A stretch of DNA of 62,350 nucleotides, filler included, from Dehalococcoidia bacterium (GCA_040882355.1; 8 parts of 8 records of this genome joined end to end with filler, not necessarily neighbours in it), one strand, 5' to 3'; numbered from the whole stretch's first letter, positions 22,927 through 32,813 are shown. A program made the numbers and translations. The notes: a model not told the origin generated them from the letters alone.

Positions 22927-23275
22927 TCACGCTGGCGCGGAGGCTACTTGACGAGCAGGGCCTTCGCGCGCGACCACCGCTAGGTCGTTGAAGCCGTCGC
23001 GAGACCAGCCAGCGTGGTCTGGCCCCATGCGCTCGCGAACTGCCGCGAGCAGCCGTTCCGCGGCGCCTTCGTCGCGCCAGTCGCCGTAGCCCAGCTCGCG
23101 GAAGCGCGCCGGCAGCGGCCGGCGGCCCGTCCGCTTGCCGCCGGACCCGTCGCCGAAGAACGTGTCGACGATGACCCGGTCCGCGCTATCCGCCAGGAGG
23201 TCGGCAAACCGAGGGTGGTCGTGCGGCAGCGTCGGACTCACTGCAGCCTGCACGCGGATGCCGTGCTCGCGGGCC
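22927..23275 (-). CDS. C-terminal fragment of a probable SPL-like radical SAM protein (5'-truncated)
   Basis: GIRVQAAVSPTLP...ADRVIVDTFFGDGSGGKRT resembles SPL-family C-termini; CxxxCxxC motif not in the window. Confidence 0.45.
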
Positions 23276-23392
23276 NNNNNNNNNNNNNNNNNNNNNNNNN
23301 NNNNNNNNNNNNNNNNNNNTTAATTAATTAANNNNNNNNNNNNNNNNNNNNNNNNNNNNNNNNNNNNNNNNNNNNCTGACCCCCGCGTGCCG

Positions 23393-25765
23393 CTACGCGC
23401 AGCTATGGCCGAACTGGGAGACCGCAGCCGCGATGTCGCCTGCACTGATCGAGCCATCAGGCGGCTGCAGATTCCACTGGTTCTGGTTGGCGATGGAGCC
23501 GCTGCGATCGTAGCCGGGGTGGTAGTTCTGGCGAGTCGAAGCCGGTTGCACAGCGGCGTTCGGCGTGGACAGCGGGTCGCTGTTGCGATCGAAAACGCCC
23601 GGGCCGCTGTCGGAGCTCCCGAAGCGCGCCACGACGGCCGCGAGATCGCCGACGGTGACGCCGCCGTCCCGCGTGAGGGCCCCGCCGGAAGGGACATCGG
23701 AGAAGTCCCAGAAGTTGTGCGGATCGCGCCGACCGCCCTGCAGCGCGTAGGGCGCCGTCTCGGCAGCGTCGAGACAGCCGTCGTTGTCGTCGTCGGGATC
23801 GGCGCTGTTGAGCAGCGCATCACCGTCTGTATCAGCACCGCCGTCCTTCGCGACGAGGCAGGTCGTGGCGGAGAGGGCGTTCAGCGCGTGGAACCGTCCG
23901 GCGCCGAAACGGTTGTCTGTGCCCGACGGGCCGAGGTCCGTCGCCGTGCTCATCAGGATCGACCGGATCCCGGTGGGCGAGAGGTTGGGCTGGCAATCAA
24001 CCAGCAGCGCAGCGATAGCTGCTGCGTGCGGAGCCGCGGCCGACGTGCCGAAGAACTGGTCGGGGAAGCCGCCGTTGCCCGTCACGTCAACGCCATCGAC
24101 GCCCGCGCCTTCCGGCTTGATCCGGCCGTCCTCAGTCGGACCGCAACTGCTGTACGGTTCGATGGCGTTCGCGGGGGGCACGGTGCCATCCAGCGCGCCA
24201 ACGCTGATCACCGGCGGCTTGGCGTCGGAGTTGTTGCTGACGCTGCTGCAGGCCGTGTTGTAGTTCAGCTCCGGTTGGCCGAACGTGCCACTGGGCAGCG
24301 GCATGCAGAGACTACACAGGACGAACATGTCGAGGTTCCGCGTCTGGCCGGAGAACCTGTCGATGATGATGTCAAAGAACCCGGCGGGTCCCGGGTTGAC
24401 GTAGCAGAAGCCCTCCACCGGTGGCTGCGATCCTGTCTGTGGTCCGGTGCTGAAGTCGACGAGGGCGTTCGGATCGCCCGCGGCAAGGCGGTCGTCGTCG
24501 AAGAAGTACAGATCGTAGTCGTTGGCCGATCCGGTGAACGGATCGTTCCATTGGAGGAAGACGCAGGCAGTCGCGCCGGTCGCCATTGCCACGGGGTTGG
24601 CTGGAGCCGGGCCGGCATTGAAAGCGTCGCTCGTCGTGCCGCTGACGCGCTGGAAGAGGTGGAAGCCCGAAAGGCCAGGAAACGCCCCACCGGCGTCCAC
24701 GAAGTTCCCCTGGTAGTGGCTCAGCGCATCGTTGCCGACAGCGGTCAGGTAGCTGCGCGCGCGGTTCGACTTCTCCATCGTCCGCGTCGCATTCACGGAC
24801 ACAAAACTCGTTCCGTCGTAGGGTCCGGCGTTATACCAGCCAATGTCATCCACCACGACGTCGACGTTGTCGGCCAAACAGTTCACCGCTGCCATGAAAT
24901 CCAAGATCGTGCCGTCGATCGTCAGGCCGGCGTAGCCGAACCAGAGCTCGGCGCCCGGCGCCAGATCGTGGACGATCTCCAGCATGGCGGTGCCCTCCGC
25001 GCCCGCCGCGCTGGCCGTCGGCGAGCCGCTGCCGACGTCACAGGTCGCAGTGTTCACGGCCGGCAGGTCATTGCTCGACTGGCTTGCCGCCAGGCCGGCC
25101 ACGCCGTCCGATACGACTCCCACCCGCACGCCACTGCCATCGAACCCGAACGTCGACCGGGCCGCTGCGACGTTGAGCAGCGTGTCGCCTTGCGTGGTCA
25201 CCGAACCGGTCCGCGGTACGCCGTAGTCCGGCAGGCCGACGAAGGTCACGCCTGGCAAGCGCTCGATGGTGGTCAGTTGGTCGATGGGGAGCCAAGCTTG
25301 GACCAGCCCCTGCTCGTCGGCGACGCGCTGCACGGTTGCGCCCAGACGCTCGAGCTCGGTCGCGACGGCCTGAACAGCCTCGCTGTGGATGAAGACCTGC
25401 ACCCGCCCCTGCTCGTCGAGTCGCAGCCGGTTCGCCGCCATCATGTCCCGCAGCGGCTTCGGCAAGGAGCCGGTCCGCGACGCGGTGATCTCGGCGCCCT
25501 GGGCCTGCCCTGCGGCCTCAGCGAGGCTCGCCAGCGGCCACGCGAGGCGCTCCGGCTTGCCAGCGGGCTGCGCCAGCTCGCTGAGCTGCTGGCAGACGAT
25601 GGCGGCCTGCCCTTCGCAGCGGAGCGGCGCAGGCGGGGCAGGCGGCGCCGCCTGGCCGGCGGTGTGGGGGCTTGTTCGCCGGTCGGGCCCACCTTCCGCC
25701 CAGCCGTCCGCGCGCCAGAGCAGCATCGGGAGTGTTAGCAGGATCAGCAGGAACGTTCGTCGCAC
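23393..25765 (-). CDS. Secreted S8/S53-like serine peptidase with a C-terminal 'flexitail'-type domain
   Basis: Signal peptide after GGAGGT-GTG; DGSGVRVGVVSDG, EGTAMLEIVHDLAPGA, FFGTSAAAPHAA; C-terminus homologous to that of ORF 2..2926. Confidence 0.88.
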   Translation of the reverse strand: MRRTFLLILLTLPMLLWRADGWAEGGPDRRTSPHTAGQAAPPAPPAPLRCEGQAAIVCQQLSELAQPAGKPERLAWPLASLAEAAGQAQGAEITASRTGSLPKPLRDMMAANRLRLDEQGRVQVFIHSEAVQAVATELERLGATVQRVADEQGLVQAWLPIDQLTTIERLPGVTFVGLPDYGVPRTGSVTTQGDTLLNVAAARSTFGFDGSGVRVGVVSDGVAGLAASQSSNDLPAVNTATCDVGSGSPTASAAGAEGTAMLEIVHDLAPGAELWFGYAGLTIDGTILDFMAAVNCLADNVDVVVDDIGWYNAGPYDGTSFVSVNATRTMEKSNRARSYLTAVGNDALSHYQGNFVDAGGAFPGLSGFHLFQRVSGTTSDAFNAGPAPANPVAMATGATACVFLQWNDPFTGSANDYDLYFFDDDRLAAGDPNALVDFSTGPQTGSQPPVEGFCYVNPGPAGFFDIIIDRFSGQTRNLDMFVLCSLCMPLPSGTFGQPELNYNTACSSVSNNSDAKPPVISVGALDGTVPPANAIEPYSSCGPTEDGRIKPEGAGVDGVDVTGNGGFPDQFFGTSAAAPHAAAIAALLVDCQPNLSPTGIRSILMSTATDLGPSGTDNRFGAGRFHALNALSATTCLVAKDGGADTDGDALLNSADPDDDNDGCLDAAETAPYALQGGRRDPHNFWDFSDVPSGGALTRDGGVTVGDLAAVVARFGSSDSGPGVFDRNSDPLSTPNAAVQPASTRQNYHPGYDRSGSIANQNQWNLQPPDGSISAGDIAAAVSQFGHSCA

Positions 25766-25905
25766 GCCACACCTCCGTGGTCGGGTGTACGGGCTGCCAG
25801 TCGCCAGTAGCATACACCAAGCCTTGGTCGCTGTCACCCCCAGGGCGGTTGCCTGTTATACTGTATCCGAGGCCCCAGGCATCGGGGCCTTTCGCTGTAA
25901 TCGCC

Positions 25906-26982
25906 ATGAGCATGCAAGAACGATTGGCCGCCATGGAAGCGCGCTTCGAGGAGCTGACGGCGGAGATGGGCCGCCCCGAGGTCGCCGCCGAGTACGAGCG
26001 TCTGCAGGCGCTCGCTCGCGAGCGCGCGGCGATTGAGAATGTCGTCGCTCTCTATCGCGAGGCGCGCGACGTGGAGCGCGCGCTGGCCGGCGCTCGCTCC
26101 GTCCTCGCCGAGAGTGGCGACGCCGAACTCAGCGCCCTCGCGAAGGAGGAAGTCGAAGCGCTCTCCGCGCGGCGCGACGAGCTGGAGGAGCGGCTCAGGC
26201 TCGCACTGCTCCCGAGAGACCCGCACGACGAACGCGACGTGATCGTCGAGATCCGCGGCGGCACGGGCGGCGAAGAGGCGGCGCTGTTCGCAGCCGACCT
26301 CTACCGCATGTACTCTCGTTACGCGGACCGCCTGGGCTGGCAGACGGAAGTGCTCTCGTTCAACGAGACCGGCATCGGCGGCTTCAAGGAGATCATCTTC
26401 GGCGTGCGCGGCCGCGGCGCCTTCTCGCGCTTGAAGTACGAAAGCGGCGTCCATCGCGTGCAGCGCGTGCCGGAGACCGAGGCGCAGGGCCGCATCCACA
26501 CCTCGACGGCGACCGTCGCCGTCCTGCCTGAGGCGAAGGAGGTGGAGGTCGACATCGGTGAGGGCGAGCTGCGTATCGACATCTTCCACGCGGGCGGCCA
26601 CGGCGGCCAGAACGTGAACAAGGTGGCGACGGCGGTGCGCCTCACCCATCTGCCCACCGGGCTGGTCGTCGTCTGCCAGGACGAGCGCTCGCAGCTCAAG
26701 AACCGTATGAAGGCGATGGGGGTGCTTCGGGCGCGGCTACTCGCCTTGAGGGAGCAAGAGCAGCACCGGGAGATCACGGACTCCCGCCGGGCGCAGGTCG
26801 GCACCGGCGAGCGCTCTGAGAAGATCCGCACCTATAACTTTCCTCAGGACCGCGTCACCGACCATCGCATCGGCCTGACCGTGCACAACCTGCCGGCGAT
26901 TCTCGACGGCGACATCGATGCGCTCATCGACGCCGTCGCCACCAGCGAACAGGCCCGCCAGCTCGAGCAGCAGGCGGTCTAA
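25906..26982 (+). CDS. prfA: Peptide chain release factor 1
   Basis: HRVQRVPETE (PxT), GGHGGQNVNK, RSEKIRTYNFPQDRVTDHR; upstream of prmC. Confidence 0.96.
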   Translation: MSMQERLAAMEARFEELTAEMGRPEVAAEYERLQALARERAAIENVVALYREARDVERALAGARSVLAESGDAELSALAKEEVEALSARRDELEERLRLALLPRDPHDERDVIVEIRGGTGGEEAALFAADLYRMYSRYADRLGWQTEVLSFNETGIGGFKEIIFGVRGRGAFSRLKYESGVHRVQRVPETEAQGRIHTSTATVAVLPEAKEVEVDIGEGELRIDIFHAGGHGGQNVNKVATAVRLTHLPTGLVVVCQDERSQLKNRMKAMGVLRARLLALREQEQHREITDSRRAQVGTGERSEKIRTYNFPQDRVTDHRIGLTVHNLPAILDGDIDALIDAVATSEQARQLEQQAV

Positions 26983-27025
26983 CACCTCGATCCCTGCCCT
27001 CACAACCGTCCGCTCAGTGGCCCCA

Positions 27026-27166
27026 CGGAAGACGGCCCTCCGGCATAGGGCGCCGCGTGCCTATCTTCGAGCATCGCATCGCGCGCAGGTTGGGAATCGC
27101 GCCGATATGAGGGCTGGTGCGCCGCGGCCGATGATAGAGAGGCCAGGGCATCTCTCGCGTCTTCCG
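27026..27166. mobile_element. 141-bp MITE-like insertion
   Basis: 9-bp terminal inverted repeats CGGAAGACG/CGTCTTCCG, flanked by the 7-bp direct repeat GGCCCCA (27019-27025, 27167-27173). Confidence 0.55.
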
Positions 27167-27243
27167 GGCCCCACGGTCCGGTTCTCCGGCGCCGGGGCTC
27201 TGCTCTGGCCCGCGCCTCCTCCACCCCGCGCTACCATGCCTCC

Positions 27244-28125
27244 ATGACCATCGCGGAAGCGGTCCGCCGCGCCGAAGCCCGACTGCGGGACGCCGGCATC
27301 GACGACGCCCGGTTGGAGGCGGAGGTGCTGCTCTGCCACACGCTCGGCGTGAGCCGCGAGTCACTCTTCGCCCGCCTGCACGAGCCCGTGCGTGAGCCAG
27401 CGCGATACGATCTCGTCATCCAACGCCGCCTCGAACACGAGCCGTCCGCTTACATCGTGGGCCATCGCGAGTTCTACGGCCTGGAGCTCGCCTGCACGCC
27501 CGACGCGCTGGTCCCGCGTCCGGAGACAGAGCTGCTGGTCGAGCACGCAATCGAGTGGCTCGGCCGTTCACGACCCGCGCTGGTTCTGAGCGACGGCGAA
27601 GGGACCCGCGACCCGCGACTCATCGTCGTCGACGTCGGCACGGGCAACGGCGCCATCGCCGTGGCGCTGGCGGCGAATGCGAGGCAGGCGCGAGTCGTCG
27701 GTATCGATCCCTCCCGTGCGGCGCTGCGGCTGGCGCGTCGCAACGCGAAGTCGTACCGCGTCGGCGAGCAAGTCGCCTTCGTCCAGGGCGAGTTGCTGGC
27801 GCCGCTGCGCGGACCCGTCGACGTGATCGTCGCGAACCTGCCCTACATACCGACGAGCCTCTACGAGAAGCTCCCGCCTGAGATCCGCGACCACGAGCCT
27901 AAGGGCGCGCTGCATGCCGGGCGCCGCGGCACCGCCCTCATCGAGGCCCTGTTAACGCAGGCAACGGCGCACCTGCGACCGCGCGGTCTGCTGCTGGCCG
28001 AGCACGCCTGGAACCAGGGACGCCGCCTGCGCGAGGCCGCGCGCGAGTCCTTCCCGGCCGCGCGCATCGAGACCAAGCGCGACCTGGCCGGGCGGGAACG
28101 GATGCTGGTCGTGGAGACGGCGTGA
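27244..28125 (+). CDS. prmC: Release factor glutamine methyltransferase
   Basis: EPSAYIVG.REFYG, LVPRPETELLVE, DVGTGNGAIA, NLPY, DLAGRER. Confidence 0.95.
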   Translation: MTIAEAVRRAEARLRDAGIDDARLEAEVLLCHTLGVSRESLFARLHEPVREPARYDLVIQRRLEHEPSAYIVGHREFYGLELACTPDALVPRPETELLVEHAIEWLGRSRPALVLSDGEGTRDPRLIVVDVGTGNGAIAVALAANARQARVVGIDPSRAALRLARRNAKSYRVGEQVAFVQGELLAPLRGPVDVIVANLPYIPTSLYEKLPPEIRDHEPKGALHAGRRGTALIEALLTQATAHLRPRGLLLAEHAWNQGRRLREAARESFPAARIETKRDLAGRERMLVVETA

Positions 28126-28215
28126 GTTGGCGACGGTAACGGAACCACGACCGCTAGCGGGCTGCTAGGGCAGGGGCGCTGCCCTGCACCCCCTGCCGGG
28201 GGCCTGGACCGCGGC

Positions 28216-29166
28216 TCAGGTAGCGGACTGGTCGTACCAGTTGAGAACACGCAGCGCCCGCAGCGTGTTCCACCGGCTGGGCCGGCCGTCGCCGTCCTCG
28301 AGCGCAAAGTGGACCTTGCCGGGATGCGTGTTCTCCAGCAGCCAGGTGCGATCGGGCTGCTGCTTGGCGCGGAGCAAATCGATTGCGTCGTCCATCCGCG
28401 AGTCCGACACATCCCCGACCGACCGGAAGTATTCGAGGGCACGCAGCACGTCGTAGTGCCAGCGGGTCGGAAACGAGAATTGGAGCCAAGCCGGGTTGAC
28501 GACTTCGCCCGTGCTCTTACGTCGGACCAGCTTTCGTTCGAGGAGGTACTCCTCACCCCGGTGTCGAGCCGCGATGGATTCCGCAGAGCCACCGGTTGCG
28601 CGCTCGTGCGCCAACAGTCCTTCCAGGACGTTGATCGTGGTCGCGAACGACGAGCGGACGGAGCCGTTCTCCGCCTCGCAGTTCCACCCGCCGTCCTCGA
28701 GCTGCTCACCAAGTAGGCGGGCCATCACGCCACGCACATCTTGATCAAAGTAGGTGCCCAATGTGACGGTCCTTCCATTGATGCATGGCTCGACCTCGCC
28801 GTTGAAGAACGGCTGCCCGGCGTGCTCCCAACGGCAGTGGTGCGTGACCGACGCCACAGTCTTGCGCACCCGGTCAGAGCACGGGTCGACCCCGAAATCA
28901 TGCAGCAGCTCGAGTGTTGGCAGCGTGGCGGTCCAGGGCTGGCCCTGGTTTTCGTCGCGCCAGCCGAAGCTCTGCGCCGGGAAGCACGCGCCTCCGGCCC
29001 ACTGGCCGTCTTCGCCCTGCAACGCCAGCAGTCTGGCACCCCAGCCCTCCGTGGCCACCCGCGCGCGCTCCACAGCGACGACCTCAGCGGGCGCGTGAAC
29101 GAGATCGCGCAAGACCTGCCAGCGGATGGCGGGGTCCGAATCAAGCAGCCAGTCCAGTACGGTCAT
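28216..29166 (-). CDS. Prenyltransferase/squalene-cyclase-like alpha-alpha barrel protein of unknown function
   Basis: WLLDSDPAIRWQV, QW-like repeats (Q.EDGQW, QLEDGGWNC, QQPDRTW), SRWNTLRALRVL. Confidence 0.7.
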   Translation of the reverse strand: MTVLDWLLDSDPAIRWQVLRDLVHAPAEVVAVERARVATEGWGARLLALQGEDGQWAGGACFPAQSFGWRDENQGQPWTATLPTLELLHDFGVDPCSDRVRKTVASVTHHCRWEHAGQPFFNGEVEPCINGRTVTLGTYFDQDVRGVMARLLGEQLEDGGWNCEAENGSVRSSFATTINVLEGLLAHERATGGSAESIAARHRGEEYLLERKLVRRKSTGEVVNPAWLQFSFPTRWHYDVLRALEYFRSVGDVSDSRMDDAIDLLRAKQQPDRTWLLENTHPGKVHFALEDGDGRPSRWNTLRALRVLNWYDQSAT

Positions 29167-29288
29167 GCCGCTGAGTCTAGCGCGCTAGTGAGAAGAGCGT
29201 CGAGGGCGGATGGGGGCCACCCGCGCCCTGGACGGCACCATAGCTCGGTCCACCGCCGTGCCTGTTAGGGGCGGACGCAATCGTCCGT

Positions 29289-30431
29289 CTAGCCCTGAGC
29301 CATCTGGATCTGCTTGCCTTCCGTCTTGATCGACGGGGCCAGGACGAGCTCTGCCTGCTGGAAGTCGCGGATGGTGCGTGCGCCGCACATGCTCATCGCG
29401 GTGCGTAGGGCGCCCACGAAGTTCTCCGTGCCGTTCGTGCGCGACGTCGGGCCGAAGAGCACCTGCTGCAGCGTCGTATTCACGCCGACCGTCACGCGCA
29501 CGCCTCGCGGCAGCTCGGCATTCGGCGTGGCCATGCCCCAGTGGTGGCCGCGGCCCGGCGCTTCCTCACATGCGGCGAGGACCGAGCCGAGCATGACGGC
29601 GTCCGCGCCCGAGGCGAACGCCTTGCACATGTCACCGCCGCTGCGGATGCCGCCGTCGGTGATGATCGGGACGTAGCGGCCGGTCTCGCGATAGTACTGG
29701 TCGCGGGCGGCGGCGCAGTCCATCGTCGCGGTCACCTGCGGCACGCCGATGCCGAGCACCTCGCGCGACGTACAGGCGGCGCCCGGCCCGACACCGACGA
29801 GGACGCCCGCGATGCCCGTGTCCATCAGCTCCCTGCAGGCTGCATAGCCCACCACGTTGCCGACGAGCACCGGCACCGGCGCCATCTGCTGGACAAGCTC
29901 CGACAGGATCAGCCCGCGCTCGCTGTAGGACATGTGGCGGGCGCTGGTGACGGTCGATTGCACGACGAAGACGTCGACGCCGGCCTCCTTAGCGAGGGGA
30001 GCGAACTTCTTCGTGTTCGCGGGCGTCGCCGACACGGAGGCGAGCGCGCCCGCATCCTTGATCTCGCGAATGCGCTTGCCGATCAGTTCGGGGTGGACCG
30101 GCTTCGCGTACGCGCGCTGGAGGATCGTTGTCGCGTCGTCCTTCGAGGCGGAAGCGACCTCTGCCAGTACAGCGCTCGGGTCGTCGTAGCGGGTCTGGAG
30201 GCCCTCCAGGTTGAGCACGGCGAGCCCGCCTGCCTCGGAGAACTTTATCGCGAGGGCCGGATCGACGACGCCGTCCATCGCGGCCGCCAGAAAGGGCAGT
30301 GGCAGCTCCAGATGGTCGATGCGAAGGGCGATCTCCGTCATCGCCGGGTTGATCGTAACCTCGCCGGGAACGATAGCGACCTCATCGAAGCCGTACGCCC
30401 GGCGCATCTGCTTTGCCTGCGGGATCGACAT
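29289..30431 (-). CDS. GuaB3-type IMP dehydrogenase-related protein (no CBS domains)
   Basis: RAYGFDEVAIVP, VGVGPGAACTSR.VLGIGVPQ, DGGIRSGGD, HWGMA. Confidence 0.9.
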   Translation of the reverse strand: MSIPQAKQMRRAYGFDEVAIVPGEVTINPAMTEIALRIDHLELPLPFLAAAMDGVVDPALAIKFSEAGGLAVLNLEGLQTRYDDPSAVLAEVASASKDDATTILQRAYAKPVHPELIGKRIREIKDAGALASVSATPANTKKFAPLAKEAGVDVFVVQSTVTSARHMSYSERGLILSELVQQMAPVPVLVGNVVGYAACRELMDTGIAGVLVGVGPGAACTSREVLGIGVPQVTATMDCAAARDQYYRETGRYVPIITDGGIRSGGDMCKAFASGADAVMLGSVLAACEEAPGRGHHWGMATPNAELPRGVRVTVGVNTTLQQVLFGPTSRTNGTENFVGALRTAMSMCGARTIRDFQQAELVLAPSIKTEGKQIQMAQG

Positions 30432-30681
30432 CGGTATCTCCTCTCTACCCGACGGTCCCCGTCCGCAAGATATGCAGATCGAGGCCGGCGGTGGCTTCCC
30501 TGCCGGCTGTCTGATTCCTCATCGAGTGTTTCACAATGGGGGTTGGACGTTCAGAACTGGGTTTTAGGCACTGTACCAGGGCGCCGTCCGACAAGTCAAT
30601 GCCAACCGCGCCCTCGACGTGAAAATTGTGTAAAAATCTAGGCGAATAGACCGGAAGGTAGACAGCCCGCAAGCTTATGTC

Positions 30682-31506
30682 ATGAGTACCCTCTACTTGG
30701 TAGCGACGCCGATCGGCAACATGGAGGACGTCACCCTGCGCGCGCTTCGCGTGCTGGGCGAGGTGCCGCTCATCGCCGCCGAGGACACCCGCACGACACG
30801 CAAGCTGCTCACGCACCACGGCATCGGCGCGCCGCGATTGCTCAGCTACACCGAGCGCAACCGCCGCGCCCGTACGCCGGCGATCCTCGCCGCGCTCGAC
30901 GAGGGAGACGTGGCGCTCGTGTCCGACGCCGGTATGCCCGCGATCAGCGACCCGGGCGTCCACCTGGTCGAAGCGGCGGTCGCGGCCGGCCACCGCGTCG
31001 TGCCGCTGCCGGGCGCGTCGGCGCTCACCGCCGCCGTCGCGGCCTCCGGCCTGCCAACGCGTCGATTCCACTACCTGGGCTTTCTGCCAAGACGCGCGGG
31101 CGAACGTCGGAAGCTCCTGCGAGGCGTCGCGATCCTAACCGAAACGCTCGTCGCGTTCGAGGCGCCGCACCGGCTGCGCGCGAGCCTCACCGATCTCCGC
31201 GACGTGCTGGGCGAGCGGCGCATCGCCGCCTGCCGCGAGCTCACCAAGCTCCACGAGGAGATCTTCCGCGGCACGGTATCCGAAGCGCTCGATCACTTCC
31301 ATGAGCCGCTCGGCGAGTTCACGCTCGTCATCGAGGGCGCGCCCGAAGGCGGCGTGAAGCGCGAAGCCGCCGACATCGACGCCGAGCTGCGCGCCCTCCG
31401 AGCGCAGGGCCTGCGCGCCCGCGACGCCGTGCGCGGGGTGGCGACCAACCTCGGCCTGCCGCACCGCGACGTCTACCAGCGCTGGCTGGCGCTGGACGAA
31501 GAGTGA
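30682..31506 (+). CDS. rsmI: 16S rRNA (cytidine1402-2'-O)-methyltransferase
   Basis: LYLVATPIGN.EDVT.RA, AEDTR, LVSDAGMPAISDPG, RELTK.HEE. Confidence 0.96.
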   Translation: MSTLYLVATPIGNMEDVTLRALRVLGEVPLIAAEDTRTTRKLLTHHGIGAPRLLSYTERNRRARTPAILAALDEGDVALVSDAGMPAISDPGVHLVEAAVAAGHRVVPLPGASALTAAVAASGLPTRRFHYLGFLPRRAGERRKLLRGVAILTETLVAFEAPHRLRASLTDLRDVLGERRIAACRELTKLHEEIFRGTVSEALDHFHEPLGEFTLVIEGAPEGGVKREAADIDAELRALRAQGLRARDAVRGVATNLGLPHRDVYQRWLALDEE

Positions 31507-31551
31507 GCCGGTCGGTGGTACACTTGGGTGCCTCACCCGCATGGGTGCTGA

Positions 31552-31579
31552 AAGATCCTTCGCTGCGCTCAGGATTACA
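31552..31579. repeat. Family A repeat, right arm
   Basis: AAGATCCTTCGCTGCGCTCAGGATTACA near the contig end. Confidence 0.75.
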
Positions 31580-31853
31580 GAGGGTAGCGTTGNNNNNNNN
31601 NNNNNNNNNNNNNNNNNNNNNNNNNNNNNNNNNNNNTTAATTAATTAANNNNNNNNNNNNNNNNNNNNNNNNNNNNNNNNNNNNNNNNNNNNGGGGGTGG
31701 GGGGGGGGGGGTGGGGGGGGGGGGGGGGGGCCATGAGCGCTGCCCTGCTCGCGGGCGCGGCAGCGGTCGTGGTAGCGGTGGTGGGTGCAGGGTGGTGGGC
31801 GAGGCCGCGGGCGGCTAGTCATGAGCTTGCGGGCCTCGTTGGCCAAGAGTTAA

Positions 31854-32813
31854 ACTGGGCTATCTTTTGCCGGAGGTGCCAAACAGAGCAAGCTCGCCCT
31901 CATCCCGGACTATAGAATCTCCCTCGGAGTCACGGCGGTACATGACGAAGTCAAGCCGGAACGTGACCGAACACCATATCTTGCGCATGGTGTACTATTC
32001 GTCCCTGACGACTGGGTTGCACCGCTCCAGGCCCGCATGCATCGGGCCAGGAAAACGCACGGGTACTTTGACGAGGTTCACTGGAGGACGATCAGGAGCG
32101 CCAGAGCGCAGTCTAGGCAGTTCCTCGTAGCGCGGGACTGGGTAACTGACTACTTCCAAGTAGCGATCCGAGGCTGCCCCTTCAAGGCGTTCATCGCCGA
32201 TGCCACGGCCCGTGACTTTCCGTATCCCGGGGAGTCCGGATATCCCGAGCACCTTCTCCAATCCACGAAGACTGCCCTGAAGGCCGGAATCGTTTGGTCC
32301 TTTTATCGCCAAACAAAAGTGCGCCTCCGAATCGTCTTCGACGACACCGATTCAGAGCTTGACAAGGAGATCGCCTCTAAGCTTCCCGACTTCCTGCAAA
32401 CAGATTGCAACAAGGCTCGCCTTTCAGGCAAGAAGCGCTATCCATGGTTGCGCGTCTCGCCAGTGCGCTTCGTGTCGTCCAATCCGAAGGAGGTCGGGTT
32501 CGCGGACTGGCCCACGTCCGAATTTGTCCAGCTGTGCGACGTTCTCCTAGGCGCAAGCTGTCAGGCTTTGGATCTCACGGCTCCACCAGCCAAACGGACA
32601 GGCCGTCGTCAACTAGCTCAATCCATAATGGGAATTCTGGGTGAAACATTGAAGGTTCCATGGCTCCAGCAAGTACCGGTTCATCGGCGGTTCTCAGTCT
32701 CCCTGTATCCGGACCAGTACAATTTCGCATACCCGGCGGCACTGAGACTGGTGCCAAGGTCCGAGGATTGCCGTGGCGCACTTCAGGCACCGTTACCGCT
32801 TGACTTTGGGTAG
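31854..32813 (+). CDS. DUF3800-like (RNase H-fold) protein; start unresolved
   Basis: Frame open from 31854: ...TAVHDEVKP...YLAHGVLFVP...DEVHW...IVFD...SEFVQLCDVLLGA; the track ATG at 32037 omits the N-terminal DE motif. Confidence 0.65.
   Translation, partial: TGLSFAGGAKQSKLALIPDYRISLGVTAVHDEVKPERDRTPYLAHGVLFVPDDWVAPLQARMHRARKTHGYFDEVHWRTIRSARAQSRQFLVARDWVTDYFQVAIRGCPFKAFIADATARDFPYPGESGYPEHLLQSTKTALKAGIVWSFYRQTKVRLRIVFDDTDSELDKEIASKLPDFLQTDCNKARLSGKKRYPWLRVSPVRFVSSNPKEVGFADWPTSEFVQLCDVLLGASCQALDLTAPPAKRTGRRQLAQSIMGILGETLKVPWLQQVPVHRRFSVSLYPDQYNFAYPAALRLVPRSEDCRGALQAPLPLDFG

Noticed and set aside
30432..30681. Purine riboswitch or Rex site upstream of the guaB3-like gene
   Set aside because: Only a plausible promoter (TTGACT-17-TACAGT, minus strand) is visible; no aptamer or full palindrome match
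31693..31730. Poly-G tract (also 55197-55207 and C-runs at contig starts) as a G-quadruplex or phase-variation tract
   Set aside because: Located at contig edges; typical sequencing or assembly artefact
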